Part shown: positions 63,020 through 64,000 of the stretch, piece by piece
Layout of the letters: each line of letters starts with the position of its first letter
Position numbering within the stretch: the first letter of the stretch is position 1
Sequence record: LC494302.1
DNA length: 64,000 bases
Direction: 5' to 3' (one strand)
Notes under the pieces: generated by a model
The model's input: only the letters and a program-made list of their open reading frames with translations
Database searches by the model: none
What the model was told of the DNA's origin: nothing
Position numbers and translations under genes: made by a program

Positions 63020-63507
63020 CTAAATCAATGAAAAATTCATTTGATAAAATTAAGAGTTGTCTTGATGGAGAAAATATTACAAGTGTTACACAAACTGCTG
63101 ACCAAATTCAAAGCAGTTCAAGTGATTGCACTGTTATTTTTGGTTTACATAGTCTGCGTTTATCAATAGTAAATAATATTGACAACACTGCTATTGTAAT
63201 CACACCATGCAATATTCAAAATGAGAATGGTGTATATCTTCATCACATGGGAACAGTATTTCACATTTTCAATTCAAACGAAAACATTGTTAAGGAATAC
63301 AATACTCTTAATATTGATTCAGGTGAATTATTTCAAATGAGTACTTTGTACTCATGTAATTTTACAGATACTTCATGTATTTTGCCATTTTTCTTGGAAA
63401 TTATTAAGAAAATGGAAAATTTAAAACGTGAATACAATAAAGAAATGGTTCCTGAAGCTATATTAAATATTACTAATGCTATAGAGAAGTATAATGCAGT
63501 GACTTAA
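63010..63507 (+). CDS. family C protein
   Basis: DSGELFQMSTLYS. Confidence 0.85.
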   Translation: MYLTKSMKNSFDKIKSCLDGENITSVTQTADQIQSSSSDCTVIFGLHSLRLSIVNNIDNTAIVITPCNIQNENGVYLHHMGTVFHIFNSNENIVKEYNTLNIDSGELFQMSTLYSCNFTDTSCILPFFLEIIKKMENLKREYNKEMVPEAILNITNAIEKYNAVT

Positions 63508-63549
63508 TAAAAACGCACATGGAGTGCATTAGAAGATCAAGGATAGATC

Positions 63550-64000
63550 ATGGAGATTAAAACTGTTGAAAATGGGAAAATTGATGACATTTTAGAGTTG
63601 GACGCATTCAAAGTTCATGATATAATGTTTAATGTGAAGGACATTATTCAATGTCTATTTTTGTGTAGCAAGACAATGCATGATTTTTTTCACAACCCAA
63701 ATACTAACGTTTTTATACTAACAATCAGTACTGAAAACTCGTTTATCATGGGTATGCCTATGAGTACAAATGAACAATATATTGATTGTGTTATTCGTAA
63801 TAACGATAGTATTACGCCACAATCTGAAGTACGTAAAAAGAAAAACACCTACACAATCAAAGATGATAAAATTATGATGTGCTGTAGTAAAGGGTTTATA
63901 TTAGATAATTTTATCGTAAAAGACAGTTATCACGACTTTAAAGTATCTGAAAATCAATCCAATGTAGTTCTTTATGCGAGTGACATAGAAAGTCTAACAG
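63550..64000 (+). CDS. hypothetical protein (partial, runs off window end)
   Basis: Hand-translated MEIKTVENGKIDDILELD...; no stop before 64000; SD AAGGA. Confidence 0.75.
   Translation, partial: MEIKTVENGKIDDILELDAFKVHDIMFNVKDIIQCLFLCSKTMHDFFHNPNTNVFILTISTENSFIMGMPMSTNEQYIDCVIRNNDSITPQSEVRKKKNTYTIKDDKIMMCCSKGFILDNFIVKDSYHDFKVSENQSNVVLYASDIESLT

Noticed and set aside
29848-63507. Diversity-generating retroelement as the source of paralog variability
   Set aside because: No reverse transcriptase and no template/variable repeat pair with adenine-specific differences seen; variation spans whole genes.
1-64000. tRNA, tmRNA, rRNA or intron
   Set aside because: No cloverleaf with a T-loop GTTCRA and acceptor stem, and no other hallmark, found by eye; a tRNAscan-SE/Rfam run would be needed to exclude them formally.

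Overview
AT-rich, gene-dense segment of a large lytic phage infecting enterobacteria. The organisation most resembles RaK2/CBB/PBECO4-type jumbo myophages (inference from layout, not database-checked). Five blocks: (1) 1-4046, four minus-strand RCC1/BLIP-II-like beta-propeller paralogs sharing an N-terminal MLPFxRMxxYxNIxP tag; three of them sit behind a TAAATA late-type promoter. (2) 4149-8548, 19 tandem ~60-75 aa paralogs (family A) plus one larger gene. (3) 8550-10470, an ORF-free zone with long hairpins, a promoter-driven structured RNA candidate, an 8-bp periodic array and a C-to-G skew switch (origin or terminus candidate). (4) 10470-29600, a putative early island of ~54 small genes, most behind their own near-consensus sigma70 promoter, often with a 5' stem-loop (PeSL-like cassettes). 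It includes DksA/TraR-like, GNAT, kinase-like, H-NS-like and ParE-like genes, and two families of ORF-less promoter-driven RNA motifs. (5) 29848-64000, 26 tandem ~65-90 aa LGTNYQE paralogs (family B), then ~50 otherwise hypervariable proteins that share an E-E-x-F-Q-x-S-[LT]-[VIL] motif (family C). The palindrome AGTACT is strongly over-represented throughout and sits at fixed positions in promoters. No tRNA, rRNA, CRISPR array, integrase or core replication/virion gene was recognised.
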